A DNA stretch of 63,284 nt, counting the filler, from Lenisia limosa (taxonomy: Eukaryota > Protista > Breviatea): NCBI GenBank assembly GCA_001655205.1. It is 8 parts of 8 records of this genome, joined end to end, with 100 filler letters (N's around TTAATTAATTAA, not from the genome) between each part and the next. Parts side by side here need not be neighbours in the genome. Positions count along the whole stretch, not along the records: positions 46,591 to 63,284 come from LPNZ01011716.1; 7 more parts are not named here. One strand, given 5' to 3'. Both the position numbers and the translations under genes were made by a program. The notes under the pieces were generated by a model, which saw only the letters and a program-made list of their open reading frames with translations, was not told the DNA's origin and ran no database searches. Shown piece after piece: positions 48,727 to 60,698 of this stretch (within the stretch, counting starts at the first letter, position 1; every line of letters starts with the position of its first letter).

Positions 48727-51700
48727 TTAGGGGACACAGATTCTGCAATCTTGGAAGCTAAACTTCTCCCATTGGAAGTCCCAGCGTTTTGGCATTCCTT
48801 CGNNNNNNNNNNNNNNNNNNNNNNNNNNNNNNNNNNNNNNNNNNNNNNNNNNNNNNNNNNNNNNNNNNNNNNNNNNNNNNNNNNNNNNNNNNNNNNNNNN
48901 NNNNNNNNNNNNNNNNNNNNNNNNNNNNNNNNNNNNACAGACAAGTTTCATATGAAGCTCATGTATTCAGAAGAAGGATAATACTGAACCCACATTTTCG
49001 AAGGGAGGCACGCCAAACTCCCAAACGGGAAGGTGCATGTTGGCATTGTCGGATGAGGGTGGCGACGAAATGGCGAGGAAGCTCAGCTCACGGGCAAGCT
49101 GCTTGTTGACACTGTAGCGTGAGGTCACGGTACGGGGTGATAACCACTGGGGTTACTGTTATGCCAACAAGGCCCACAAACACTGCAGTTGAGACGGCGC
49201 CGAAGATGTTGGCTTTGCCCCAGGCACGGTCATCACGCAAGTCGTAGCGTGACGCAATAGATTGTGCGGGATCGTGGAAACTGGGGGTGGGGGTAAACGA
49301 AGGAGGAAAATTTATTGTATTCAATAATCTGAAAAAAACAATCTGAAAAAAACCACTCTCTTGGGTGAAAGAGGCAGCTACAAGGAAATAAGGAAATACT
49401 ATTGATAAGTCTGGAAAGAAAACCCCAAGATCTCCCACCTCCAGAAGTCGTTCTCATAGTTGTTGTACCGCAGAAGCTCGCCGAAAGACTCAATGCTGTC
49501 CACCTTGCTGTGCTTCTCCTTGAGAATGTGGTAGCGAGAACAATTGAAGTATGCTAAGCTGTTACAACATATTGTCTTCATTTATCATCATTGAGTAATT
49601 ATATGGATGCTATCTAAAAAGTAATCACGGATGGATCCTTCAGCTCTTTTTCGGACCGAAACCCCCACAAACACCAGTATGATCCGTGGTCACCACTTTC
49701 CTTAATCTTCTCGGGGTACCCTTGATTGTAAAATCTAAAAGAGCCACGATGAAGAAGATAGTTTTGAGAATTTTCTGAATAGAAAGAGGAAATGTTCAGC
49801 TTACCAGACATCTTGAAATAATCATCCCATCTGGGGGTGTTAATGGAAGGAAGGTAGTTGTCAACCTCGAGTCTCTCAGTGTTATCTTCATAGCGATAGT
49901 GGCCTGGGAATTGCTCTCCAATCACAACAGTGTCTACGGGTGTTATACAGTATCGGTTGATTAATATTCATGGTAGTTTAAGATTAGCTGCAAAATGTGA
50001 GAAAAGTGAGTATTCAGAACAAACCTGAAATTGTGGCAGCGGAAACGTGCTTGTAGTCCACGACCGTCCACTCTGAAGAAATGACAAATATTGCATATTT
50101 GCTTTCAGAAGCAGTTTCTGAAATTGTTTGTGAAACCTCTTGCTTCTCCTGTTTCTGTTTTTATTTTTCTTCTTTGATAGTACCGGTCTATATGACTTTT
50201 TACTTCAAAGATGTAAAAAAAGTGACAAACACATACTAAATATACTGCTGCTCAGGTCTACTACAATTTATACTCACCATTATTGTAGGTTCCGGAGTTG
50301 TAGCGTGCAAAAAGATCATGCCATTGGGGGCTGGTTTTGGCAAGGCTGGGAAGGGGGGCAAATGAGAATGGGTGAAGCTAAAGATTTTCATGTAGAAACG
50401 AAGCTCAATGTGTACAAAACAATTGATACCAAACCGAACCTGTTGGCCACCATAACACGAACGAAGGTGAGAAGCTGCTGGGGGTTGCAGTTTTCATAAA
50501 GACCTGAAATGTGAGGGAGGGGTATTAAAAGGAAATGCTATGGAAAATAAAACGTGAAATAGAATAGACAACAGTATCATGCCCGGCGTACTGGTATTGA
50601 ATGTGTGCATGGTGGTTTCGATAATACCTAATTCAATGAGAGAAAGCTGGCAAAAAAGAGGCACTTGGGAACATTTTGTTGGAAAGCCACTCAAGGTGGA
50701 GTTTATAGAAAGAAAAAAAGCCGTCAAAAACAACTTTTAAGAAAGGAGGCAGGTAGGACTTCACTTCGGTTCTAAAAAACTCGGAACAAAATCGATAGTT
50801 TTCGAGGATTTATCGAGAAATTGGTCTTTTTTCGAAGCGAAATGAAGCCTAGAGGCAGGACCATCCCATTATACAACTCGAAAAGGAGCTCACCAAGACC
50901 CTGTGCAGTGACGTAAAAGTCGTCTCCACTGAACACACTGGCAGGGTATGAAGGGAAAAGAATCTGGGGGGGGGGGGGGNNNNNNNNNNNNNNNNNNNNN
51001 NNNNNNNNNNNNNNNNNNNNNNNNNNNNNNNNNNNNNNNNNNNNNNNNNNNNNNNNNNNNNNNNNNNNNNNNNNATAATAGGGATAATATTACCACAGTA
51101 TCTACATTCCCCTCCCCACAGCAGATTTATAGCGTCCATTGGTACCGAGGGTAACGTAGTTCTTCAGAATGCGGTTCATAGTCAAGTAAGAGCTCCACTG
51201 GAAGGTCATTAGGGAGAAAGTGAAAACAATAAGATGAATATTGTACAATGATGGTTAAGACAACAAAGCAGGGGGTGCAAAGACAACAAAGCAGGGGGTG
51301 CAAAGACAACAAAGCAGGGGGTGCAAAGACAACAAAGCANNNNNNNNNNNNNNNNNNNNNNNNNNNNNNNNNNNNNNNNNNNNNNNNNNNNNNNNNNNNN
51401 NNNNNNNNNNNNNNNNNNNNNNNNNNNNNNNNNNNNNNNNNNNNNNNNNNNNNNNNNNNNNNNNNNNNNNNNNNNNNNNNNNNNNNNNNNNNNNNNNNNN
51501 NNNNNNNNNNNNNNNNNNNNNNNNNNNNNNNNNNNNNNNNNNNNNNNNNNNNNNNNNNATCCGGATCATAATGCTACATCCGAGCCCCTTTGGCTTACAG
51601 TGGTATGGCCGAGGAAAACGTCGTCATCGACACGAGAAGTCAGGCCGGTACAGTGATGATGGACGTCATACCTGTATAGAAGGCATGATTAAAGTGGGGG

Positions 51701-54105
51701 AGGGGGAGTAAAACTGGAAAATTTATGAAACAAAAAAAACCCGAAATCAAATCTGTTGACTGACGACAACACACAAGGGTTGAAAACAACAAAACAAACA
51801 ACGCCCAGGCCAGTCGNNNNNNNNNNNNNNNNNNNNNNNNNNNNNNNNNNNNNNNNNNNNNNNNNNNNNNNNNNNNNNNNNNNNNNNNNNAGTCTTCTCA
51901 TTTATCAGCCACTTTTTTCCCCAGACCCATACCAGTCATTAGAGCGCTTATTGTCTTCACTCTGACGGAGAGGAAGGAACACTGCAAGGTCGTCCATGTC
52001 TCCTGTGAGGGTGAAAATAGGAATTTGTGGAACAAAACTAAACCAAAAACCAACTTTCCACCTACCCCATGCGTTCATGGTCCACAAATCAAAGAGAGAA
52101 ACCTCATCATCATTGAAGTGGAAGGCCATGCCCTCGATACGAGCAACAACAAGGTCAACCTGTCAGATGGCAAATGATAACTGAAAAAATACGATAGCAG
52201 AACAACGGTCAAAGTGGCTCAAAGACCATACACACCATCATGTTTATAATGACTTTTGGAATAAACATTCAAAAACAGAGAACTCCATCAATATGCGAAG
52301 TAATCAAGGTTACAAGATGAATGCCGGATACACATTTGTAAAGAAATCGAGAAAAGTAACCATTGAAAGTGCAATTTCAGGACTTACCTGTTGCCAATAC
52401 TCGTCATTTGGGTTGTCCTCAATCTTAAAGGTCAGAAGAATTCATCAAAAAGACCTAATATACTTCTCGTTTTCATCTTTTAGTAAATTTTAAAAAATAT
52501 ACAAAAATAGTTTTAAAAAAACTATGTTAATACAAAATCAAGAAAAGGAACGGACAAATGGAATCCACACCAGTATAAAATTATTATTCATATATTCTTC
52601 TCAAAACAACACTATCAGCATACCATGTCCTTGGTCCAAAGGTAATTACTGACAAGATAGTCACTCAAAACTTGGGGCCAATCCTAAGGTGATGAAGAAA
52701 GTCATGGGGGTGATGAAGACATGTTTCAAAAACCTAATAACCCCTTTCTGGAACATTTTAACCCATATCCACAAGTGATATGCTCATATGACCGACTTTC
52801 AAGTCAAAATGACGAACAAAGATAACACGAGGGTTCATCCCGAGTTCATTGAGACTTGTCGGTAAATTATCATACAAGTGGATATGAGGTATCATATCAC
52901 TACGTGGAAAATAACACGTGTGAAAATGATCCAAAAAGTGATATGAAATATGGAACCTCTTGGATCTCTGGAGTGTACAGCAGGATGACCCCGTCAAACC
53001 TCGCAATCAGGCTCACCGAAATCTTCGCAGACTCCAGCTTTGTAATGCTAACAAGTGAGACACAAAGGCAGCACAGGAATCATGTTGAAATGATAAATAA
53101 AAAAAATATATAATAAAAAAAAAATGCTCAGGTTGTTCAAAGCAAGGATAACTAAAAAATATGAACCCATGTGATAGAATGCCAACCTTGAGGTGGGTGA
53201 TGGTTTCCTTGTAGAAGGCATGGGCTTCAAGAGCTCCCATCGCGAACTAAGGGGTTAGTTTCCACAACGTAATAAAAAAGACTGAATGTCTTGATAAATC
53301 TTCTTAAATATCGATACTTCCCAGTCTTTTTGTTTTGGTTTGAGGGAAGCGCCAGTAGCAGCTTCACATCCCCAGCCCACAGCGCCGTCACGACCAGAGT
53401 TCGGCAGGATCATTCCATGCATCTTGTTCCATCCTGTTAGCGGTTACACAGACTCTTTCGATCTCAAAAGAGACAGAAATCGCCAATCGAGACCCCCCCC
53501 CCCCCNNNNNNNNNNNNNNNNNNNNNNNNNNNNNNNNNNNNNNNNNNNNNNNNNNNNNNNNNNNNNNNNNNNNNNNNNNNNNNNNNNNNNNNNNNNNNNN
53601 NNNNNNNNNNNNACCCATCTCTGGCTCGAACCTGCAAAATCAATGGACTCCAAAGTGCGTGTAGAGACAGTGAAGCCAAAAAAAAAAACCCCATTTTCTC
53701 CCCATGGCCACAAAAGTCTCAAAGAAATATGAGGCACACCAGGTTGTATGTCACCCATTCCAATTCAAAAAAGCATGACATTTTTTTAAAAAAAGAGAAA
53801 AAATATACATTAGAAATCTAGTATGGCATCTTCAATGAGAAAAACAGTCAACAGAGAGAAATGAAGTCCATATTTCTGCTTTAAAGAGCAAGATTATTCC
53901 TCCATGATGGCTATACAACCCTCAAACTTGACACCACCGTCCTCCATGCGGGCATAGAGAAGCTGATCAGCAGCAAGGCATGATGAGCTGAGGAGATGAG
54001 AGGTGTCGGAAGAATGTTTGAAAGGCATCAGCTGGAAATCGCCATATATTCAATTATTAATTATCAAGCTTACATTAGGCACAGAAATGCCAGGAAGAAG
54101 GTCAT
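48727..54105 (-). CDS. PLBD: Phospholipase B-like protein (PLBD1/2, Ntn hydrolase)
   Basis: Signal peptide MTFFLAFLCLISSCLA, processing-site HCTGLTSRVDDDVFLGHTT (~51600-51665), GIIETTMHTFN, TFVRVMVANR, FARYNSGTYNN, LRYNNYENDF, IASRYDL and EGMPKRWDFQW...* at 48727. Confidence 0.92.
50754..50851. mobile_element. Family B hAT-type MITE with perfect 8-bp TSD
   Basis: GAGGCAGG-TAGGACTTCACTTCGG...GCGAAATGAAGCCTA-GAGGCAGG. Confidence 0.92.
51255..51338. repeat. Tandem minisatellite, 23-nt unit x4 or more, running into a gap
   Basis: AAGACAACAAAGCAGGGGGTGCA repeated without spacers. Confidence 0.9.
51692..51816 (-). repeat. Family E element upstream of the acceptor of the PLBD catalytic-Cys exon
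   Basis: Best match to 24040-24155; acceptor AG at 51672-51673 on the minus strand. Confidence 0.75.
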
Positions 54106-54551
54106 TATGAAGGACCAAACAAAAAGATTCAAACACCTCTTTGTTGTGCAGAGCCGTTGGACTTTTTCTCAGTTTTGCAGCAGTTTTGTTTTCCGTGCTT
54201 TCTTTCTTTGTTTTGTTTGTTTTTTTCCTGCTCCTCCAAACAATAAAGATCTCTTTGTTGAGCGTACCCCGAAGTTAAATTATTATTTTTGTTGCCTCCC
54301 TTTTTGCCTCCTCTTTGCCATATTAGTATAATAAGTAGAAGATTACGTGAAGATTGCTTATTCAACCAGGAAAACGGTGAAGTGAGAAGGATCTGAGTTT
54401 CCCCAAACAAAATGTCAATGGTTTGGCTACTTGATCACTAAAGGACACCACTCCAAGAAAAGAACAGTTAAATACTCTACATCGGCGTGCAGCATCCACC
54501 AATGATCTAATGAAGGCAGTGATTCTGACATCAACCGCCTTCCCCGCTCAG

Positions 54552-57500
54552 GGGAAATTGTTTTCTTCCCATGAGGGTCATCCCCTTTGGGGTGAGTTTG
54601 AAACTCTGATTGATGTGGGCGGGTATTATATTTGGATGAGCTTGTGAACACTTTAATGTAAACATCTTCATTTACTGCTTTTTTTTACATCCCCCCTCTC
54701 ATTGTTTTTTACATCCCCCCTCTCATTGTTTTTACACATTTCTCCTTCAGGCCGCCAATTCAAACTTCATGGTATTTTCTGACTCTGTCCAACAAGTCAC
54801 CATCAACAATTTCACCTTTGTTGCTGAGCAAGTGGGTTTGGTTTCTTTTTCAAGATACCATATATATATATATATGTACTATATATACATAGTATATGAA
54901 AAGAAACAATGTAGAGGACCATAAACCATGGCCTTGTTTTTTGCAATTCGTTCTCACCCCGTAGACCGGACGGTATTTGTGTTTGGCCTGCAGTGATGAA
55001 GATCTCCCCCCTGCGGTCCTCAAACTATTTTGTCGCCAGGTTTGATGAGCCAAAAAATAAAGGCTGAAATGATACAAGTCCCAAACATTTTGATATCAAT
55101 TATCGAGTCTATCCCTTACCAACTGATAATGCCTTGATAATATATGATGCTATATAATATGATATGATATACAGAATGGCGGTACGTCCTGACACAATTG
55201 TCAAAAGATAAAGCTCAATATCCATTTCAGGACCTATCGCGATCCGTATATGCTTCCGGCTTTTTGGGCAACCGTCCCGGATTTTTTTACTTTAATTTTT
55301 AGAATTGTTAACCGTTTCAGTTAGTCTCGCTCTTCTATGTTGCCAAAGGGCCAGTATTGGTCCAACTGTCAGGTTGGCTGGGAATAATACAGTTCAAGAT
55401 GGCAGTTTTTCACCCTCAACTTTGCTTTTTGGTGGGATGGGGGTAAGTCGTTCCCGTCAGTGGAACTTTCTTTGAACAATTAGTGTTACAACCGACCTTA
55501 TTTAGGAAAGAGTACGGAACTTGTCACCCCCCAAGTCCGGTCTGAGATGAAACAGCTCTACACTACGTTCAATGAGCTCCATGATTCTCCCTCATCTTTT
55601 CTTCATGTGTGCTAATAGTTTCTTATATAGTACATCACATTTTTCCATCCCCCCCTTCTCCAGTATTTTTCTAACAGATTTCATTTGGAGAGGGAGGGAG
55701 TCAAACCATTGCTTCACTATTTGCTACTCTATTCATCACAATTTTCTTCCATTTCACCCCTCCTCAGACCCTGGAAAGCCCGTGTCTGGAAGCAATGGCA
55801 CGAAGTAGTTTGTGGTCATGTCTTGAGTCGGTGGTATGCCAGGCAGCCGTCACCACGTCCGGTATGGGGTGGTGCAAAAACTATTTAAGACAATATATTA
55901 TATGGAATTTGTGATCAGAAATAGTATATTGGGATACAATACCAATCAGGTCAATTATGTGGTAGTTTAAGTTTGCTATTATTCATTCTTACTGTAAAGC
56001 AAATATAATAAAGTACTGAAGAAACACTAAAAAGTGCTTTTCACAACCAAAGCTCCAAGCACCAAATTTATGATGTGTCTCATGTATTATGTGTAATTCA
56101 AGATGATAAATATTCAATGTTGCCGATCCTAACATCTTCTAGGAAAGCTGCCGTCAACAAAGAACCAGGTTAGTCTAAAATTAAATCACAGGTTTCATTT
56201 CAATCCTGAGCCTTATTCCCACGTAATAAAAAGCTGATGTTGGTATTATGTACGCATTATTTCATACGCTATTTAAGCTAATCTTACTTATCTTTTGTCT
56301 CTTTGCCTGTTTGTGAAATGATGAGGTTACACATGTACATACATAACTCCATCAGCGTAACGGGGACGATATCGAAGCCCAGCCTGCCATTATCATCATG
56401 ACAAGCCACGGCAAATTGGTTTCGCACTATAGGTCAGCCACAAACTTAGTAATACCACATGAAATACAGCTAATCACAATCCGAGATACCTATTGGGTTG
56501 AGATATGTTTTCACCCTCACAGTCCCCCCTGCGGCCACCACGTATCGCCACATTGGTTACGTCTTGCGCTCATTCGCATGCATGATGCCCTTAATACCCC
56601 CAATGGTTGGCTTGCTATAGCTTTTCTAAAGTGGCTTTTGGACTTAATTACACAGGCTTAACTCTAAAATAAGCTATACTTGGCGGCTGAAATTACGGGT
56701 ATTGAACTTCCGTTTAACAGATCTTTTCAGTTTTATTTTGGTTTCATTTCGATACAACCTCGATAAATATCGATTTGTAACTGAAGTAATTTCTTTTTAT
56801 TTGTAAGAGAATAGTATAACTGTCATATTGAGATTGCATAATATGCAATATTGGAAGCATGAAGAGGCTATCGTATGAAAACAGGCACTTCTGATTTGTA
56901 GTTCCGACGACAGTGTCGCCTCCAATGCAAATGCCGGCAACAAACAGCCGCGTGAGTCATGTGCGCACTCGTTCGTCTGTCACGGTCGCGTCTTCGGAAG
57001 ACGGCTATGTCACGTGCGAGGATGAGCTATTCAGGTAGGTCTCCTTTCTGTGACAATCCTGAAATATCAAGATACGAATAATATTAAATATTTTTTGCAT
57101 GTTGAAATTGTCTTTATCTTTCTAAGAACTTGTATCAAAATGATATTGGTGAATTAATTTGCAAATAAAAACAGAGTATAACAACTGCAATCGTAATCGT
57201 AAAGTATAAAGTCAAAGTGGTAAGATTATCATTTTGTTCAGAGGAATTTTGTCATTCTTTACCCGTAGTATGAAGGAAGGCATTTGTCAGTCCTCTGTTT
57301 CCTCTGATGCTCCTGTCTACACTACTTCAAGTCGACTATCGACACCAAGGTAAGGCGCCATTCTAACGGATATTATACACGTGTAAAGGTTCACAAATAT
57401 GTTTTTTGATTTCGAATATTCAGTGGTTTTCTTGGGGAAATAAATTGGCTTGAGCCAAATATTACATTAGAATGCTCCAAATGTAAATAATTTTGAGTTA

Positions 57501-57698
57501 TTGTTGATTTCCCCCCAATTTTGGTACTTCAAAGATCACGTGGTAGTTCCTAATAATCTTAATGGCTTACAATATACTCATATCCCTTAAAAACTTTTCA
57601 GGAGCTCAATGGTGATTTCTGATGACCACGATGAGTTCTCATTAAGTGCAAATTTCGAAGATGTATCCCTTGATGAATGCAATTCACAAGAGGTTTGA
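54552..57698 (+). CDS. Hypothetical multi-exon protein; start uncertain
   Basis: In-phase exons AANSNFMVFSDSVQQVTINNFTFVAEQ|TGRYLCLACSDEDLPPAVLKLFCRQ|LVSLFYVAKGPVLVQLS, then an S/T-rich tail ending TGA 57696-57698. Confidence 0.55.
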
Positions 57699-57866
57699 AC
57701 CCTTTGATTTGGTTCCAAAATAGACAGTACATACTTCTAAATCCTCTATTCATCCTGGATAAGTATATTGGCAGCCATTTTGGACCGAAGGGAAGACCAA
57801 TGTAGAAGCCATAATTGCATGGGCATCACTTTGGTTCCAAGAAGACTGATGGATGAATATAATTTA

Positions 57867-58447
57867 TTAAGGATGGGATCTGCTTGGAAGATAATAATGG
57901 CTGAAATATCTTTTGACTTTTGACTTGTGTTTTTGTTTAGATATTTGGGCTTCACGCTTCTCTCTTAACATTGTAGAATCTTCCTCCGAAAGCGTCACCT
58001 CGTCCTGAGAAGCTCCAAAAACAAAAACTGGTCACTCTCTGGTTGCCAACTAAAATGGAAGATGTAGGTGGAGGTGGAATGACATTCTTTGTTGAAAAAA
58101 AGCTACCTCATGATTTTCACTTTATTTTTTCAAGGATAGAATTTGAATATTAAATATAATGATATCGTAGACTTTATCATGCATATTTTATACATGGTGT
58201 TTGATAGTATATCATGATAAATTGTATTGATGTATAATACAATTAATCCAAGATGTAGTTATTGCTCATCCAATAATTCCAAAATTTTCCAAAAAAATAA
58301 AACTCTTCACGTACATAGACATACGATTTCACGTCAACGGACCCTTTTCAGCCTGACGGTGACTTTACCCCTTTCCAGTGAGTCTAATTGGAATGGGGGG
58401 CTAGGTACAGTTCGGTCACTATTATAACCCGATTTATCAAATGACAT
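57867..58447 (-). CDS. Possible small hypothetical gene
   Basis: MSFDKSGYNSDRTVPSPPFQLDSLER|gtaaag and a terminal exon DEVTLSEEDSTMLREKREAQISKQKHKSKVKRYFSHYYLPSRSHP*; internal exons not resolved. Confidence 0.3.
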
Positions 58448-59147
58448 TGGTCCTTTTTGACACTTTTTAGTGTTTATCGTCACAAAGTGTCCCAAGCGAC
58501 GGAAATTTTGCTATTCTACACAATTGAGGTAATAACAGTCTATTGCTTTTTTTCTTTTATTCTTTAATAATTCTCAGAAAATTTAATTTTCTTACTGAAA
58601 AGAAATTTGTTTTTTCTTTGGGGTGTTTTTTGAAAAAAATCTAATTCTTTTGGCTTTGCTTTTATTAGCATTGTTTTGTTTTTGTTTTTAGGGTGACTAA
58701 AGGTCTAATTCAACAAGTTATTGGTAACTACCACCAGTGACACCTGCAAGCTTTTCTCCTGGGCAATAAAAGAAAAAAGTATAAACGAAGCAGGGTGTGG
58801 TTTATGTCAACTTATTCGAAACCATGGGATTATTCTCCTTTATTATTTAGTGAACAAGAATGCTATAAAGACAATAAACACACTTTATGTAATAAAAGTG
58901 GCAAGTGACGATTTTGGAGTAAAAAGGAGGGATTGAGGAAAGCTAGCATCACTAGCAATATGTTTTTAAGATAAGTTAACCTCCCTACATGCTTTAGTTC
59001 CTCTTTTTTTTTGGTTTCTTTTAAGGGGTGCTGATGAATTGTACAATGTATATTGTCTTTCGCCCTTTCCTTCTTGTGTGTACGTATATTCTTTCTGGAA
59101 CCAAAAGGGGTGTTTAATACTAACATTTTGAGAGTTTAACTTCACAC

Positions 59148-59680
59148 AGGGTAACTTGGAGGTCAACAAGCAGGCTGTCCGTGGCTTGGTGTATACCTTG
59201 GCCCCTCCCCTCCCTGAAGTTGTATGCTGGCTTTTCCATTATTTCTCATGTTGATGCGGTGCTGAAGAAGGGACTGATCTGGGCTTTGTTTGTTTNNNNN
59301 NNNNNNNNNNNNNNNNNNNNNNNNNNNNNNNNNNNNNNNNNNNNNNNNNNNNNNNNNNNNNNNNNNNNNNNNNNNNNNNNNNNNNNNNNNNNNNNNNNNN
59401 NNNNNNNNNNNNNNNNNNNNNNNNNNNNNNNNNNNNNNNNNNNNNNNNNNNNNNNNNNNNNNNNNNNNNNNNNNNNNNNNNNGAGATTGGTGTTGCTGAG
59501 GTAATACTATCGATAAGTAAGTTTGCCGGCTATGTCTAACTGACCTCCAGCATGAAAGCATTGAAAAGGCCTGTTCTGCCATTGATGAGCAACTTCTCTC
59601 GTTTGCGGCCTTCGTGGAAACCAAATCCAAAAACCCGTTGAGTGTGGCACCAAGGTCTGTGGGTTATCAGTCAGCTTAAT
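59148..59680 (+). CDS. Exon fragments of a hypothetical gene
   Basis: AG/GT-bounded exons GNLEVNKQAVRGL, EIGVAE and HESIEKACSAIDEQLLSFAAFVETKSKNPLSVAP; ends not found. Confidence 0.35.
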
Positions 59681-59825
59681 GGTATTTAAAATTTGGTACC
59701 CATATGATATGTCATGAAATACTAGTTAGAATAGAGGCAAGGCTCAAAGCGTTACACACGAGAGGTTGTCCATTTAATTACTGGAGTCATTATCTTGAAG
59801 TAGATACATAAAAATACCAACAAGT

Positions 59826-60161
59826 TTAAGCATTCGTGTTTCTATGATATGGGCTTCCCACAATCCGAAAGCGGGAGTTGATTATTAACTCTCGGGTGGT
59901 CTGAGGGTCTTTTGGGTCGACTCCAGTTAGGCCCAAGGTGTGGCGGCGATGCCAGGCGACAGAGGAGGGGGCACAACAGCCGTCCGGCGTGATCGGGATC
60001 GCTCGAAGCTGGAGCTGCTTCGTTGCATTGGCGGCTGAGTACGAGCCTGATCTGACCATGGCGATGGTGCGCTGGAGGGGGCCTGCCCGGCTCTTAAAGG
60101 GGCGCTGCAAGGAAGGTTGCTCGGCTGCTCTCAGGTTGGGGGGAAGGTGTGGTGGTGGCAT
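59826..60161 (-). CDS. Intronless GC-rich 111-aa ORF with a weak OTU-like Cys motif
   Basis: Continuous ORF; LRAIPITPDGCCAPSSVAW resembles the OTU I/VxxDGNCLFRAV motif. No His box recognised. Confidence 0.25.
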   Translation of the reverse strand: MPPPHLPPNLRAAEQPSLQRPFKSRAGPLQRTIAMVRSGSYSAANATKQLQLRAIPITPDGCCAPSSVAWHRRHTLGLTGVDPKDPQTTRELIINSRFRIVGSPYHRNTNA

Positions 60162-60698
60162 ATTACTTCTCGTTAAACAGAAGTGGGGCCAGTAAGGGGG
60201 AGGAGGGAGCAGAAGTAGGAGGTGAATAGGTTTTCAGGGAAAGAGTGGGAAAGGTCGAGAATCTTCAAAAACCAATTTTCTAAAATTATCAAAAAAATCG
60301 TCTTTTGATAAATTTCGAAAATTTAAAAATTCAGGTTTGGAAAATTTTTCGAAAAAATTTGGATTTCGAAAAAAAAATCCGTAAAATCAGTTCGGCGGCG
60401 CCAGCTGAACGGGGTAGGGCTACGGCGGCGTGGGGTTGGGAAAATATGGCGGCGCAGGAGTAGTCGTGAGAAATGGGAGAAAAAGATTTCGGGGGCCCGG
60501 TGTGGTTTCGGGATACCCAGGTACTTTTCCTTTTCTCGCCCCTAAAATGCCGAAAAGCCTTCCCTCTAGGTATTTCCCGCTAATTTTGAAAGGACAAGAA
60601 ATGTATTTATCGAAAAACATTCAGTAAACCGCTAAAAATATGGGAAAAATTCAATTGGTTCACTAACGGAAATGAATTCTTTTCCTAAGTGAATGTGT

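Noticed and set aside
59215-59295. Apparent hydrophobic exon LYAGFSIISHVDAVLKKGLIWA
   Set aside because: Its 3' half matches family E repeat sequence, so it is more likely intronic.
59938-60195. Plus-strand 85-aa ORF
   Set aside because: It is antisense to the longer minus ORF in a GC-rich, stop-poor tract, with no motif or splice support.
60385-60530. GC-rich structured stretch as SRP, RNase P or snRNA gene
   Set aside because: I could not find diagnostic motifs on either strand; an Infernal/Rfam scan would be needed.
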